From Marsupella aquatica (Eukaryota > Plantae > Marchantiophyta), in assembly GCA_973895155.1 (NCBI GenBank), contig OZ316896.1:19766754-19830753 (forward strand): a stretch of 64,000 nucleotides of DNA, written 5' to 3'. The stretch's first letter is position 1, and each line of letters opens with the position of its first letter. The notes below the pieces were generated by a model, which worked only from the letters and a program-made list of their open reading frames with translations, searched no databases and was not told the origin of the DNA. Made by a program: the position numbers and the translations under genes. This document shows positions 1 to 13,100 of this stretch, one piece after another.

Positions 1-690
1 GATGTTGAGATGAACAAAAGATGTTCATGAGAGAAAAAGATGAGGAGGACATAAAAACATTTTGAGATAAGAAAACATATGTTTAGGCGAGGCACAAATG
101 TCAAGGTGATAAAAGATTTAGGGTTATATGGCTGTTCATATAACCCTAAACCTTAATGCCTGTGCGTTGCACAAAAGATGTCGGGGTGAGGAAAAGATGT
201 CGAGGTGAGGACAAAATGTTGAAGGGAGCAAACAATACCAAGGAGAGGGAAAGACGTCAAAGTGACACAAAGATGTTGAGGCGATGCAAAGAAATGTAGG
301 TGAGCATTGCACAAAAGATTTTGAGGCAAGGAAAAGATGTAAAGGCAAAGTCAAGATGAGGAAAGTATGTGGAGGGAGGAAACCATTTTGAGGCGAGGAA
401 AAGATGTCGAGGCAAGGCAAAGATGTCAAGGCGAGGAAAAAATGTCAACTAAGGAGAGACAAAGATGTCAAGGCAACGCAAACTAATACGGGTGAGCTCA
501 TTCTCCTTGCATTGCACAAAAAAACTGTTGTGCAAAAGATGTCATTAAATAAAAATATTGTTGTGCAAAAGATGTCATTGCATAAAAGATGTTGTTGTGG
601 AAACAATATTGTTAACAAAAGAGGTGATGAAGAAAAATTTTCATTATGTAAAAGAAATTGTTGTGTAAAATATGTTGTTGCATTTAGGGT
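1..690. repeat. Degenerate ~20-bp minisatellite (AAAAGATGTCGAGGCGAGG-like units)
   Basis: Recurrent 'aaagatgt' cores with gaggcgagg/aaggcaagg variants from 1 to ~480, drifting to 'ttgtgcaaaagatgtcatt' units to ~690; the ORFs over it are low-complexity. Confidence 0.7.
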
Positions 691-701
691 TTCATTGCAT
701 A

Positions 702-912
702 CGAGCCCTATGCCCGAGCTTTGCACGGTGCAATGAGGGCTGGCCCACAGGGCCGGGGGGCTGAGAGGCAAGAGAGGGCAAGTGGTAATCGAATCGAATG
801 GATACAAAAATCCTCTAAAATATCTAACGGCCAGATTTGATTCCCGCCAATTCTGTATTTTATAACGGGACAAAAGACGAAAAAAGGCAGGATCACTTAT
901 TATAGTTGTAGA
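702..912 (-). mobile_element. Small non-autonomous Helitron-like element, copy 1
   Basis: Minus strand reads A|TCTACAACTATAATAAG (Helitron-type 5' TC end) and ends ccgtgcaaagctcgg (hairpin) gcatagggCTCG|T, sitting between A and T. Both termini are shared with 63696-63938. Confidence 0.6.
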
Positions 913-2296
913 TAAATATGTCTTGGTATAAAATATTTAGTTTTGTAGATAAGAAATGGTTATCGTCACCAATCTCACATCCGATTCTCTCACCAAGCAT
1001 GGTCTCGCAAAGGGAGAGTTTTTGTTAAAAAAAATTAATTCTAATTTCAATTTTTGGTGTGCACAAAAATATTAAACTATCCCCAGATTATTTTACTTCT
1101 CATCTTTTCCCCAACTTTTACTACTTTACTCCATTTATTACACGTTTCCCTTCCTTACTTGTTTTTTTCTATATCCCCCTCCCTTCCTTTTTCCTTGAGG
1201 CCAATTCTTATCCTTATGGTACAGAGTGTCCTATCTTTTGGGGAGTGTATAACCTCTATGAGAAACCAAAAAGTACATTCTAATTAGCCCCATCATTGCT
1301 GTACCTTCAAGTACAATTGCCCACAGGCATTGAGCATTGAATGGTCAAGTGTGCCTTGGAGGTGGTACCTTGGCCTTACATACCTTTCACTGTGTATCTT
1401 TGCCCGTGAAATAAAATTGAGGGGGAGACAAATGGATAATTTTGGTATATCCAATGGTCATTAAAATTTTTCTTTTCAATGGATGATCTAGATTTTTTCC
1501 CTTCTTTTTAGATTTTTGTAAGCAGACTAAATCCAGAAATGGGAGGGATTGAATATTATAGTAACTTGATTTGAGTATACAGTAAACCTAACCCATCTGT
1601 CCATAGATCAGGTTCGCTCATCCTGGGCCCGTACCTCATAAAGGCCTAAGGCTTTATTCAAGGCTTCACTTATCAGTTTCCTAGGTATACAATACATAAT
1701 GCTCCCAAGAATGGAAGATACACCTCTAATTTTGAGAGTGCTACAAGGCCCCCCAAATGAGAGCTTCCATTCAAATTTTGAGAGAGTTTTATTACTAGTG
1801 ATGGTCTGATAACAGACATTTTTTGATGGTCTGGACAGACCTTTACACGTAAATGAGTAAGAGATTTTTGTTCTTCCCTATTTTAGTAAAAGTTGAATCA
1901 CACTATGTTTATCCGAATCTTGAGAGTGCATTCTTGTCCAATGATGCAAATTACAATGAGTAAAAATCATGGATGGCATATATTCTGCAGATACCAAAGT
2001 TTTTTTTTTCATTTTTCCATTAGGCCAATCATGTTGGCTGGCCCGGTAAAATCGCAAGTCACGCGCCAAGACAGTCTCGCCGCCCGGCTTGAAATAACGG
2101 GTCACCAGCGGGAAACTTTACAGCTTTACAGCCTGGGATTTGAGTTTACAGTATCGTGCATCGCTGTACTGTAGGGTGTAATGTTCCAGTCGCCTACTTA
2201 CAGTACCTCCTTGCCGCAGTCACCGTCCCTTGAGCACCGTCGCTTAAGCCCCGAATCACGACACACACACAAACGAGAACATATATACTGAGGAGG

Positions 2297-2313
2297 GGGT
2301 TTAGGGTTTAGGG
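2297..2313 (+). promoter_or_regulatory. Telo-box (GGGTTTAGGGTTTAGGG) in the POP1 promoter/5' leader
   Basis: Two TTTAGGG units ~450 nt upstream of the POP1 ATG; telo-boxes are known to be enriched near plant ribosome-biogenesis genes. Confidence 0.5.
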
Positions 2314-2754
2314 CATCAGATTGGTACAGAGTTGAACTTTTTGGCCCTTGAGAGGTTTGTTTCCTCAATTTTGTCGATCGATTGCGACAATGTTCTTCCA
2401 CTTTCGCCGAGAGAAATTTCGTCATCACGAGATGGGGTCCGCATCATCTGTGTCTCGAGGTTTCTGCTCTCTGCTGCCTTGAATTCGGTCGCTAGGTTAG
2501 TGAAATGCAGTCACAAGACGAGGAGCTCCAGCACAGACATCGTATGTGAACATTAGCGAATCTATGGAGGTTTCTGCTCTCTGTAGATGTCAATTCCGAT
2601 GCTAGAGTATCACATAGGTAGCACTGAAATGCAATTCCAACAACAGGAGCTGCAGCAACGGCGCCTTATGTGAAGATGAATGGAGAGAGCAGGGAATAGC
2701 TCTCGAGTTTGGTAAATTCGTGGCATGGAAAGGGTGCTGAGCCTGGTGTAGGGA

Positions 2755-5700
2755 ATGGAAGGAATGGATGGTGGGGGAGGGGCGTCAGGGAGGCATGTGG
2801 GACCTCCTCGCACACTGGATGTGCAGCAGTTTGCTGCTGCGAGGGCGAGCGAAGTCCAGGTTCTATACAATGCTCTGAAAGCGCAGCAGGAAGAAGGGAA
2901 ATTGTCTCTCACCACTCCTCGCCATTTGAGACGAAGGACAGCAAGCCATAATCGTCGTCCCCCGTTTCGTTGGAGAAGCAATGCTGTTCAAGCTGGGAAA
3001 AGGAAGAAGAATGAGAAGAAGAGAAATGACAAGGTCAATTTAGACTCATCGTCTCTTCCACAGGGCAGTACCGAACCCGCAGCTGAGGAAGAGTCCTCTC
3101 GGAAGCTAAAGCCAGAGAAGCGAATTCCCTCCAGACGCGTTCGGAGGAGAGTCGAGCTCCAAGGAGTGAGGGATGGAACTAGCACTTGTATGCGTGATGG
3201 TGTACGACGCTTAGCCACTCATGTATGGCATGCCAAGCGGTTCCCCATGACGAAAACTTGGGGCTATTGTCTTCCTCAAGGTCTTCCTGGCAGGTGAGTC
3301 ACGGAATCGACTGTAAGGTGTTTTGGTTTTGCCGAAGAGTATATAAGCGGCAATTATCATAACGGGGCCCGACATATCTCTCAAGGTGCTTGTGCATATC
3401 AGTAGAAAGTTTAGAGCCGTTCGCCGTTCACGTTCATGCCGTTTGCAACCTATTTAAACTGAAGGTTACACGAGAAGGTCACCTTGTTTCCTTGTGGCGA
3501 CTCAGGCTTAGTGAATTCATCTGGAACCTCCGACCACTTCAGAGTACCCGGTGGATGGGAGCCTGATTTTTATTTTTTTAGTGTCCCAAGTAAACAAAGT
3601 CTAACAGGTGTTGCATAGCATTGTTCGTTTCCCGGAATCCTCAAATAATCAACCACAGCCTGGTGCTTGCCATTGTGAATTTCCGAAATCTTGATCGTCA
3701 AGAGGAATAACAAAAGGCAAGGACAGTGGTTTGGTTGCGTGGGAGAAGTGGATAACGAGACGCATCTAACCATTACATGACTGAAATTTGACGTTCTACT
3801 TCCTCGAACGATTGCCCTTAATTCATGAGCTGCATCACCCACAAGCTCATCTCGAGAGCGTTTCACAATTGAGCTGATTTCCGTCTGTTTCAGGGGACGT
3901 GGATCGAAAGCTGTTTTCAAGTGGGTGAAAGAGGCTGCCGTTCTACATGATGCCTCGTATATTGGCCTTATTGAGCTCCAAGGAACCGAAGTAAGCTTTG
4001 AGCCGTGCTGAAAGTGAGCGTATTCCAGAGTGATTACCGCCCTCAATTCTAGATTGTGGGGCATGCTATCTTCACCACTTCGTCAACTCCCAAACATCTA
4101 ACAGGTCCTCTACGTGCCTCTTGGTCTTCTTTAGGATGCCATTCTGCAAATTTTGAGCCAGACGATTGAACGTCCACCTGGACCCCTATCGTCGGGATCG
4201 CGCGCCAAGGAAGAAGAAATGCATGGATTGCTCTACGGTAATGCTGTGGTCTGTGCTACTGTCCTCACTTCGATGATTTCAAGGCCGGAAAATGTTAGTA
4301 TGAATGCGTTCATTTTTGTTCCACATCTCCACTCCAGCGGCAAAGTTTTTCAAACCAGACACAATGATGGGCATCGAGGCTCTTCGAGGAACTAAGAAAT
4401 TCTTGCTTGCAGCTTCATAACTTTGGGAAAGCACCTCGTGAGGCTATAGCTCCTGTTACTATCTTGTGGCGACCTTCAAGTGCTTCTCAACGCTTGAGGA
4501 CTTCAGAACTTTCCATCGCTGGGGAGGGAGCAGGGGAAGAACGACAACTATGGATCTGGGTGCATCCAAGTGCCTTCGACAATGCTTTACTGGTGCTATC
4601 AACAGTTTGTGAAAGACAGGTTTGTGAAACTTTACTTTCTCTATACAAATGTCTCCTGTTCTCAGAAATTCACATTCAATCTCGTAAATATGCCAATAAT
4701 TTTGGATGTTGGTCCGAAGGGTTCAGTCTTTGTTGATGTGGTCAGGTGAAAATACCTAGCCATCCATCCTTCAGGAGATTCCCTTGAGCAAGCGACTTTC
4801 AGAGTTTATTATTGTAGCCGAACTCTGGTTTCTTTTATCAGTCGGCTCGACTACCATGGGTGGAAGTAAGCATTTCAAGTACTGAAGCAGGGTTTGAGAG
4901 GAGGAATGTAACCTAAACAAATTATTGGGGTGGGTGTGTATCTACTAGGGCTTGGAAGACATGCAAAGTTTTGTAAAGTGCCGACCACGGAGAGGTGACC
5001 TAGCACGGATAGATATCTTCGGCAGGAGGGCTGAAGATTTGCTGCGCAAGGTGCTTCGTCCGATTCCTAGGTTTGTGATTCAACGAGAAACTGTCAGCGT
5101 CCTCTGTTTTATCTGCTTCTGCTTTTGACAGCAAGCTGTTCCCTAACCAGTGCTCACTCTTCAATAATCTCGAAGGGACACGTGAATATCCTCGTCTCAC
5201 TCTGGTTTTGGAGCCGGGGCTGTGATCCTGACGACTTTGGTTTGGACTGGATGCAGAAAATTGGCTCACCCTAGCAGCAGCGCAGACATTGCACGAGTCT
5301 CTGGGCATCAAGATCTGAATGCGGATGTGACTACCTCTACATCCCTTCATGTCAGGAAACCTTTGAGTGCAAGGATCTTTGCGAGGGCCGATTGTCTCCC
5401 AACAGCGGCTGTGTTGGCTTTGGAAGTATACGACCCTCGGGACACAGCCAGGTCTATTTATTCAGGCACTAACGCGAATCTATCAAACGGCAATGACGAT
5501 AAGAGTCTGCCTAGTGATTCCCCATCTTCCAGCAACCATGTATTGGACGAGGAGGCTGAGGTTCAAGACAGGAAACCGCCCGTTGATTCTATAGAAGATA
5601 CAGGCTTGACTCCTTGGGAGCACTTAGTTGCAAAAGGTTTGAGTGAGGAGATATCAGATAGTCCATATTTATGGTCACCACAGCCAGAACGAAAGGTGGC

Positions 5701-8700
5701 AGCGTTGAGTCAGAAGGCTTTCAGTGAGAAGCGTCATAAAAGGCGAAAAGCTTATTTAACTGGGGCTGACAAGGATTTTCTTCACTCAAATGTGGAAGAA
5801 GGTCCCATAGACAGCATGGTAGAGCAGAGTGGAGCTTGTCCTGTCTTGCTTCTGAAACAAGCCCATTCAAGGCTCTCCGCATCAGGGTAAGTGTTGGAAT
5901 CACCGCACTCATGTCTTCTATTCTTCAAGCTAGGAGTTGAATTATCGTTGAGTGTGACCACTGTTTTACTTCCATAAAATTGCATGTCGTAGATCACGAA
6001 GAGTCTTGTTCTGGGCTACCTTGTTATAGCACTGAATTTGTTGCTATTAGATGTATTCAGGTGGTCTATAATTATGCCGAGCACTTGGGTCCAGGCATTT
6101 TGGGTCCCACTTGTTTTTGCTGGAGGACACGTGATTGGCTTACGTGAACGCCACTGGCTTGCAACTGATGTATGCACGCCGCCCTTCTGTTTTGTTCACT
6201 TTTTACTGAGATGTCGTTGTGTTGAATCACCTAATCGAAATGCATCTATTAGTTTGATGCAGTATAGAAGGGATTTAAGATGGGTTCTACAATTGCCACT
6301 CTGGAGTTCTTAGGATATCCAGCACGGAGCTTTCAAACAACTTACATGTCCAAGGTATCCCGGGAATCAGATCGGCGAATGGTGTCTCATGTCGGTTGAA
6401 GTGTTCATGTTGCAGGCGGGCTTACCTTACTTCCCTCACGATTTTCCAGATTGCCCAGCACATGCTCAACATTTGGCAATTGAGAATGCTGCTTTTATTG
6501 CTGCAAATCAGGCTCGACCACCATCCAAGAGGAGTCCATGTTTTGCTGTTTCTCCCTTGCAAAGATCTGTCATGTATGCCTACAGAGATCACACGCTGAG
6601 TACTTCCGGAAGCGTTGCTGCTGTTGCTTCTGAGTTGACTGATGAACAGCATGGCGGGCAATCTATGGAATGGAAGTGCACGATGCCAGCAGGAGGTATT
6701 CCCAGGCTCACAGATTTGGATGGCGATACAGCAATGACTGAAGCTGTTAGCTCGGCTGTCAGAGAACCATCCTCTCCAGTGAGTCTCGTCGTTGCATCTG
6801 AATTTAGAAACGTGGATGGGGACGCGGATAAGACTGCAAATGTCAACAAAGTCACCAGGTCACCAGTTTCAGAGGTGGGTTGTGAAACTGTGCGCGAAGT
6901 AAATCCCCCCAAACCCAACGCCCTACTGGTTCCAGATTCGGCAACTTTAATTGAACCACTGTCAGACACAATTCCATTAGTAGAAGTTTTGCCTGAGTTT
7001 GCAAGCCCGGAGGGAGATACTCCAATAATTGGGACGGATACTATGGTCTCCAGTTCACCAGTATCATCAGCAGCTTGTCAAATTATGGATGGAGATGGTC
7101 TCCCTGAGCTCACGGTGCCCCTCGGTTACAACGCTCTAAATGAGGGCAGCCCATCTGTACAAGACAGGTTTCTATGTCTACCAGTGCACAGTGTTGTTGG
7201 CGCATTGAACCCTGCGTTTGCAAGTCCGGATGGGGTTACTGGAATGCCTGGGGTCGAATCTCTTGCCACGAGTTCATCACATTCGCTAGCGCCCTGTCAA
7301 GTTGTTGATGGAGAGTTCGTCCCTGAATTTTCGAGTCTGGAGGGGAAAGGTCAAACTGTTGATAGAGTCATTGCGGAGTCCGTTTTGAATACCGACAGTG
7401 GTCAAACTGTTGATGGAGCAAGCGTCCCGGAGCTCACGAAGCCACTTGGAGATACTGCAGCGAGTGCAGTCGGGTCTTTATCAGACAAAGTTCCACCTCT
7501 ACCAGTGGCTTCTCGTAGTGTTGATGAAGCAGTTGTCCCTGAGGTTACCTACTTGGATGGGGACTTCGAAATCGTAGCAAGTGATGCAGTTGCTCGTTCA
7601 CCTTCATTAGAAATGGTATACAATCGTACTGAAGGAGTAAATTTGGAGAAGCTCACGAAGCCACATGGTCATGATTCAAAATTCTTGGATGATTTTCGAG
7701 AAGATTGTGTAGAACCTTCGTCAGTGGCTTCTCAGTTGGAGCAGCCAGTAGTTAACATGAATGAGAGTAAAGTTAATACTTCTGGAAGGTGTAAGTTAGG
7801 GGACAAGGCATTCCCTGCCGAGGCGGTGATGGCCTCTCGGTCAACCGAATTTCACAATTTGGAACTGCCGCGGGTGATGGGAAGTGTGACAGAGTGTGGT
7901 AGAAGAGACGAGTCACCCACCCTTCTCCCAAGCAATTCCGGTGACCATACTTTTGCAGGCTTGAACCCAAACATGAGATCGGCGAATTTGACACGTCCTA
8001 TTTTTGTAGCCAGAACCCTGGTAGCCTTGATGAAGGTTTTTAGCGGAAATGGTCTACAGAAGGCTTTACTCCTGTGTTCTGGTTTTATGAGTAGTAGCAG
8101 TGTTCAACATGGCCTCAGAAAAGGGACTTTGGAGTGGCGTGCCTCCCATGAACCACTAGAGACATCTGCTTCCACGGGCAATATTAAGATACATGAAATG
8201 GTTGGAGGCCATTGGACAGGTTGTTATGTGAGAGTTCTGATTGCGGTTCCTAGAAAAGGTGTGTTAAAGGAAAACGGGCTTCTCTGCTGTCCCACTAAGG
8301 AAGACTTCGACGCCTTCTTGAGCAGGTTTGTCATTCATGTCATGAAGTTAAAAATCTTCTATAGCTCATTTTCTCGAAGCTCACTTCTGTTCTCCGGGTC
8401 AATTCCCCCTGAAAGCTTTCATGGCTTGTGCAGGTCACAACACTGGGAAGGAGTTGAAACCTCCTGGCCGATTTCACAAGCAAAGGAGTTGAAGAAGGTC
8501 AAAAGAAAGAGAAAGGAGACAGGGAAGAGGAAGCAAAAAGGAGAAGCAGCAAAGTGCAAAGTGCAAAGTGCTGAAGCTGAAGATGTTGTAAACAAGACAA
8601 CAACTGACCTGGATGTAGGATATGACGACTGTTGCTCCCGTGAAGCCATTGGTTGCATAACATCAAGTGGCCCGCAGGGCAGGTATTTTCTACATCTGAC

Positions 8701-9113
8701 ATCGTATACTACATCTGCACCTTCATTGTTCCTAGCCAGTCAGAATGTAGGGAAGGCTTGATCCACTGGACCGTCTTGGTGAGGGTATAATGGAACAGTG
8801 CTCTAAGTGCTTACAAGGTCTGCACCTGCTCGATAGAGAAAGGATTCCCTCTTTCTGCTGTTGCCTCCTGATAGATATGCTATACCTCCCTAACGGTTGC
8901 CAGTATGTATTGTTTTGCAGCTCTTGGTCAGGTGTAGGGGTTTGTGAAGTTAGCTCTCTGATGAAGTTGAGGGCAATGCAATGGCAAGATCAGAGATGGT
9001 GGGACAAGAAGGAAATCTTAGTGCTGGCTGGCAATAGGCTCTCGCCTATCTTGCGGCCTGTCCTGGTCTCCATTTTCCTAGAAGTTGGGCCAGAGCAGGA
9101 CATCATATGGTAG
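2755..9113 (+). CDS. POP1: RNase P/MRP protein subunit POP1, ~1389 aa, 10 exons
   Basis: Exons 2755-3293, 3894-3990, 4135-4248, 4413-4619, 4949-5070, 5257-5886, 6061-6169, 6416-8325, 8434-8682, 8921-9113 with GT-AG boundaries, sum 4170 nt. POP1 motifs: FAAARASEV, LRRRTASH, RLATHVWHAKRFPM..WG, GRGSKAV..LHDASY; POPLD-type GWSIIMPSTWVQAFW..GLRERHW..FPHDFPDCPA. Confidence 0.93.
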
Positions 9114-9695
9114 TACTTCAGAACCTTCAATTGTTGGCAACAGCACGAATTGCTCATTTTGAAGTTTTGCTCAAAGCTGACGTGAATAGTAGCTCACTTC
9201 TAGGGTTTCTTGCTTGAAGCATGGCATGTTCTCGACGTTCTGGGAGTCATCCAATTTGCTGGTTGATGCAAACTAGCAGCAGAAAGGCTAGGTCAGCTGG
9301 GCCCCAATGGTGCAAGGAAAAATATCAGTTTAGCTCATACATTGAGAACAGTTTTCATCTGAATCTGTTATATTGACAATTCCACAAATTGGCTACTCGA
9401 AGACTTTAAGCTGTCCCAAGTCCTTTTTGCGGACAGCACCATGAAACCCGAGGGAGTACCAGAGCGTACTAAGCCGCAAGTACAACTTCTAAGGAGCATA
9501 TCCTGAATGATATTCTCGATTTTCTTTATCAACTCCCCAAGTCACTCTTTTAATTAAAAGATTCTTTAAAGGACCAAGCATTGTGAGCACAAGCAGTAAA
9601 AGCACATTTTTAATATGACCCTTTTGCAAAGGGCTTGTTTGTAATTCTGGAATATAAACATTGCTTGACTTCAAGATCTTCTTGACGCAGAGAAC

Positions 9696-9835
9696 TTGTG
9701 CACCTGCGAAATTTGTGCGCTCTCAGAAGATATCTACATAGCTCCTTCTATACATCTGCAGTGAAATTGTGCACCTGCGAAACTTGTGCACTCTCAGAAG
9801 ATATCTACATAGCTCCTTTCTATACATCTGCAGTG
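9696..9835. repeat. Tandem duplication, 71-bp unit x2
   Basis: ttgtgcacctgcgaaa...ctatacatctgcagtg starts at 9696 and again at 9767, between the converging POP1 and NTAN1 3' ends. Confidence 0.9.
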
Positions 9836-10183
9836 TAACTTAGTTCCTACATATGCCCATACCATGAATTGTATAGAACTTTTGAACAATGAAGTCATGG
9901 GGATCCTGATCTGCACCATAGGTATCCTACTTTCCTACGATTAACCTTGGCCCTCTCGGCGATTGCAAGGCTTGAATTGTGCCAATGATGTCAGCTGAGG
10001 AGGAAGTGTCAAAACTTGTTTCTGGATACGTACAGAAATACTCATACAATATGTAAGGAAATAAGAGCCGAAAACTATTTGATGGAATTGCACTTGACCA
10101 AACTATGAACATGGGAGCTATGCTGCTTAAGTAATCTCATTGAGTTGGATTACTGCACGGCAAAGGTACATAGTTACTCTGCT

Positions 10184-13100
10184 TCAAGAACGTTGTTTCC
10201 GAACCCAGCCTCCTGTGTTTGTCCTTGAAAATACTCGTGGTTCAAGATTTGGGAAAGTTTGCTCCCATTGAGGAAAATCCTTGATATAATTGAAGATCCT
10301 GCGGGAACCAAAAAAAACAGAAATGAATGGTTCCTCCTAAATGCTAGGAAGCTTTATTTTAATGGAGCTATAGGCGAAAAAAAGCTTACCCAACCTGGAC
10401 ATCCGTCATCGGACAGAGAAATTGCAATTCAATTAAGGAGAAGCAGGTGTTTGGAAAAAAGTAGTAGGCAGTGTTCAGCCCGACACGAGAAATACATCAT
10501 CGTTAAGAGTCCTGCCAGACCTGCGGCTTGTAGGAAGGAAATCCGGACCCTCAGCAAATGGAGATGTGGAAAATGTTTCCAGAAATGCTGCATCTGGTAG
10601 CGTCAACATGTAGAGTGAATATCTTTGAATATCCACGCCCCTGCAGGGAATAAATGAACTGATTTACTTCAAACGGCTACCCCAGTTATTCGCTGACCAA
10701 AATCAACTAGTATATTTAATTTGGAAGTAAAAATACAAGCCAGTGAAACTAGTAATACTGTGACCTCAACCTCGTTACCAACTGACAACACAACATTCAA
10801 GTCCATCATCTGCTGAGGTAGTTTTTTTCTAAGACATCAGTGGGACAAGCACAGACGAATACAATGAACTGAAAAGACTCAGTGAATAACAGAGTCTTCC
10901 GCCTCAAGTTTCTATGAACAGCAAATAAAGTCTACCAAAGACTAACATTATGAAAGATTACATAAGATCAAACTCAACCAAACAAAGAAATCATACAGTT
11001 CCTGAGCCCAGACAAATACCATTTGAATGGAGAAATCCTAAAAGTGTCCGAGAGAGTGTCGTAATGCGAAACTAATGTTGCAACCCACTTAGGATCTGCA
11101 CTCACAGTTGTTGTACATAATCCACGGACTGTACCATCAGGACAACGTGATTCGTGTTCAAAATACGCTGGCATAAGTCTCCCTGATGATGTCTCCACCT
11201 GTACTGACAAAAATTTAGCTTCGGCAACATTGGGAACAGGAGTAAGAACTTTGCTGACAACAGACCATCTACATAGTTTTTTTTTCATAAAATTAAGTTT
11301 TACAAAAGCAACCAAGGTCCATCTACATCAAAAGAATAAAAATTAGAAAATGAACCGATAAACGAAGTCCATCTATGACAAAAGGATTTGCATGGCTATA
11401 ATGCTCTGCTTACAGATGAATTCACCCTACAACTTCTACCAACAGGGACATGAGGTCTGCAAACAATTGAAGACAATTGCAAGTATGAGGGTTCTTAAAT
11501 TCACCACAAAGCCACGAATAGTCGGACAGGGATGGCCGGTAAGTCCGAAACTAGTGTTGTGTTTTAGGATGAAGCAAGTTTCCAACTCAAAATTGTGCAC
11601 AGAGTTTTGTAAAGTTTCAATCATCCTCACAGCAAGAGGCCAGGACCAACCAGACTTCCGTCTTCCATTATCCTTCTCCAACTCCTCTGGGTCATAGTTA
11701 TCACAAGTCGTATGTAAGAATGAAGCCTAAAGACCGGAGATAGAGTCTTGACAAGCCACGTTTATAACAGACACAGTAATTTGGTTCATGAAACAAGACA
11801 GGCTGTGTGAAGGAGTTGATCATTTCGCCAACGAAGTTAACATCGCTACGATTCAATCATAGAAGTTCCATCCTTCTAGGAAGAAGAACCGGAAACTCTA
11901 GAAGAGCTACTAAGCTTCTGAGTCGACTTCACACTAGAAAACGACAATATTGATACCAATAAGACTGGGACAAAATCCCAGCTTATTCCATGGCTGGAAA
12001 ACACAAGGAAAACATTCCTCAAGTAGGATAGACACCAAGTTGAATAGCAACAGGTTCTGGAATTCGAGGATATACCTGCCCCTTCAGAATTTGAAATTGA
12101 TCGAATCGCTTCTGGTTGATCACTATAGTCACTGGTATCATCAAATGCTCCTAACATATGAACCTGCCTCAGGGCAAGAACCACATGGGCATTCATCAGT
12201 AGAAGTACATCCTTCATATCAGGCAGGTCATGGCGACAAATTCAACCACTAGAGCATTTGAGGACTAGTCACGATCAGAACTAATGAACCTTAAAAGTGT
12301 GTACGGTGCAAATACATCATGGCAACAAATTTTCATGGAAGATTCTGGCTAAGTTAACGACTCTAAGTTGCAAAGAGGTTGACGTAAGATTGGGTTCCAA
12401 GTCCAGTTTAACCCAAATCCCAATTTTTGAGTGAAAATGATACAGCAGGACAAACCTGAAACGTGCTACTGCTCAATGCAAGTACTGAATTGACAAGTTC
12501 GTTCACTCCGTTGAGCACACAATGTGGAGTGTCAAAATGCCCCATACTTGTCCTGCGAGTCATTTGCACAACACAACGAGAATACGACTACCTTTCACCA
12601 GAACTTATCCAAACCCATGTTGAAGCGTAGCAGAAGCAAAGTCGTTCACTCCAAGAAGCAAGACATGATAACCTAAGAAATGTAGAAGGCTCCAATTGCC
12701 CGATGTCCAGGTAGGATGAAGGCATTCAGTGGTGGCTAATGAACTGACAATCATAAAAGGCAATTGACCTGCCTATTGCAAGAAGTTGAAAGGTTGTTTC
12801 CTGCAGCATTTCCTGAGACTGGAAAGGACTAGACGTGATGTTGGGTGCGACAATATCTTCTTTCGTAGGCATGGCATTTTTTGTGAGTGAATGAACGAAT
12901 ATCATTGACTAGTCCCAATCGGAGCATGATTATAGGAATGTACGAAAGCGATTGAGAGCCTAAGAGAAGGAGACATTAGTTGTCTGGATGGAATCAGAAT
13001 GGAAACACATGATCGAGAGAAATGGGACTCACAATCCTGACGATGGATCTCGTATGACGAGTCCAATGCAAGTTGTTATCTCGTCCGTTCCGATCAACTG

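Noticed and set aside
136-896. Overlapping 60-140-aa ORFs at the window start
   Set aside because: They are translations of minisatellite and Helitron-like DNA.
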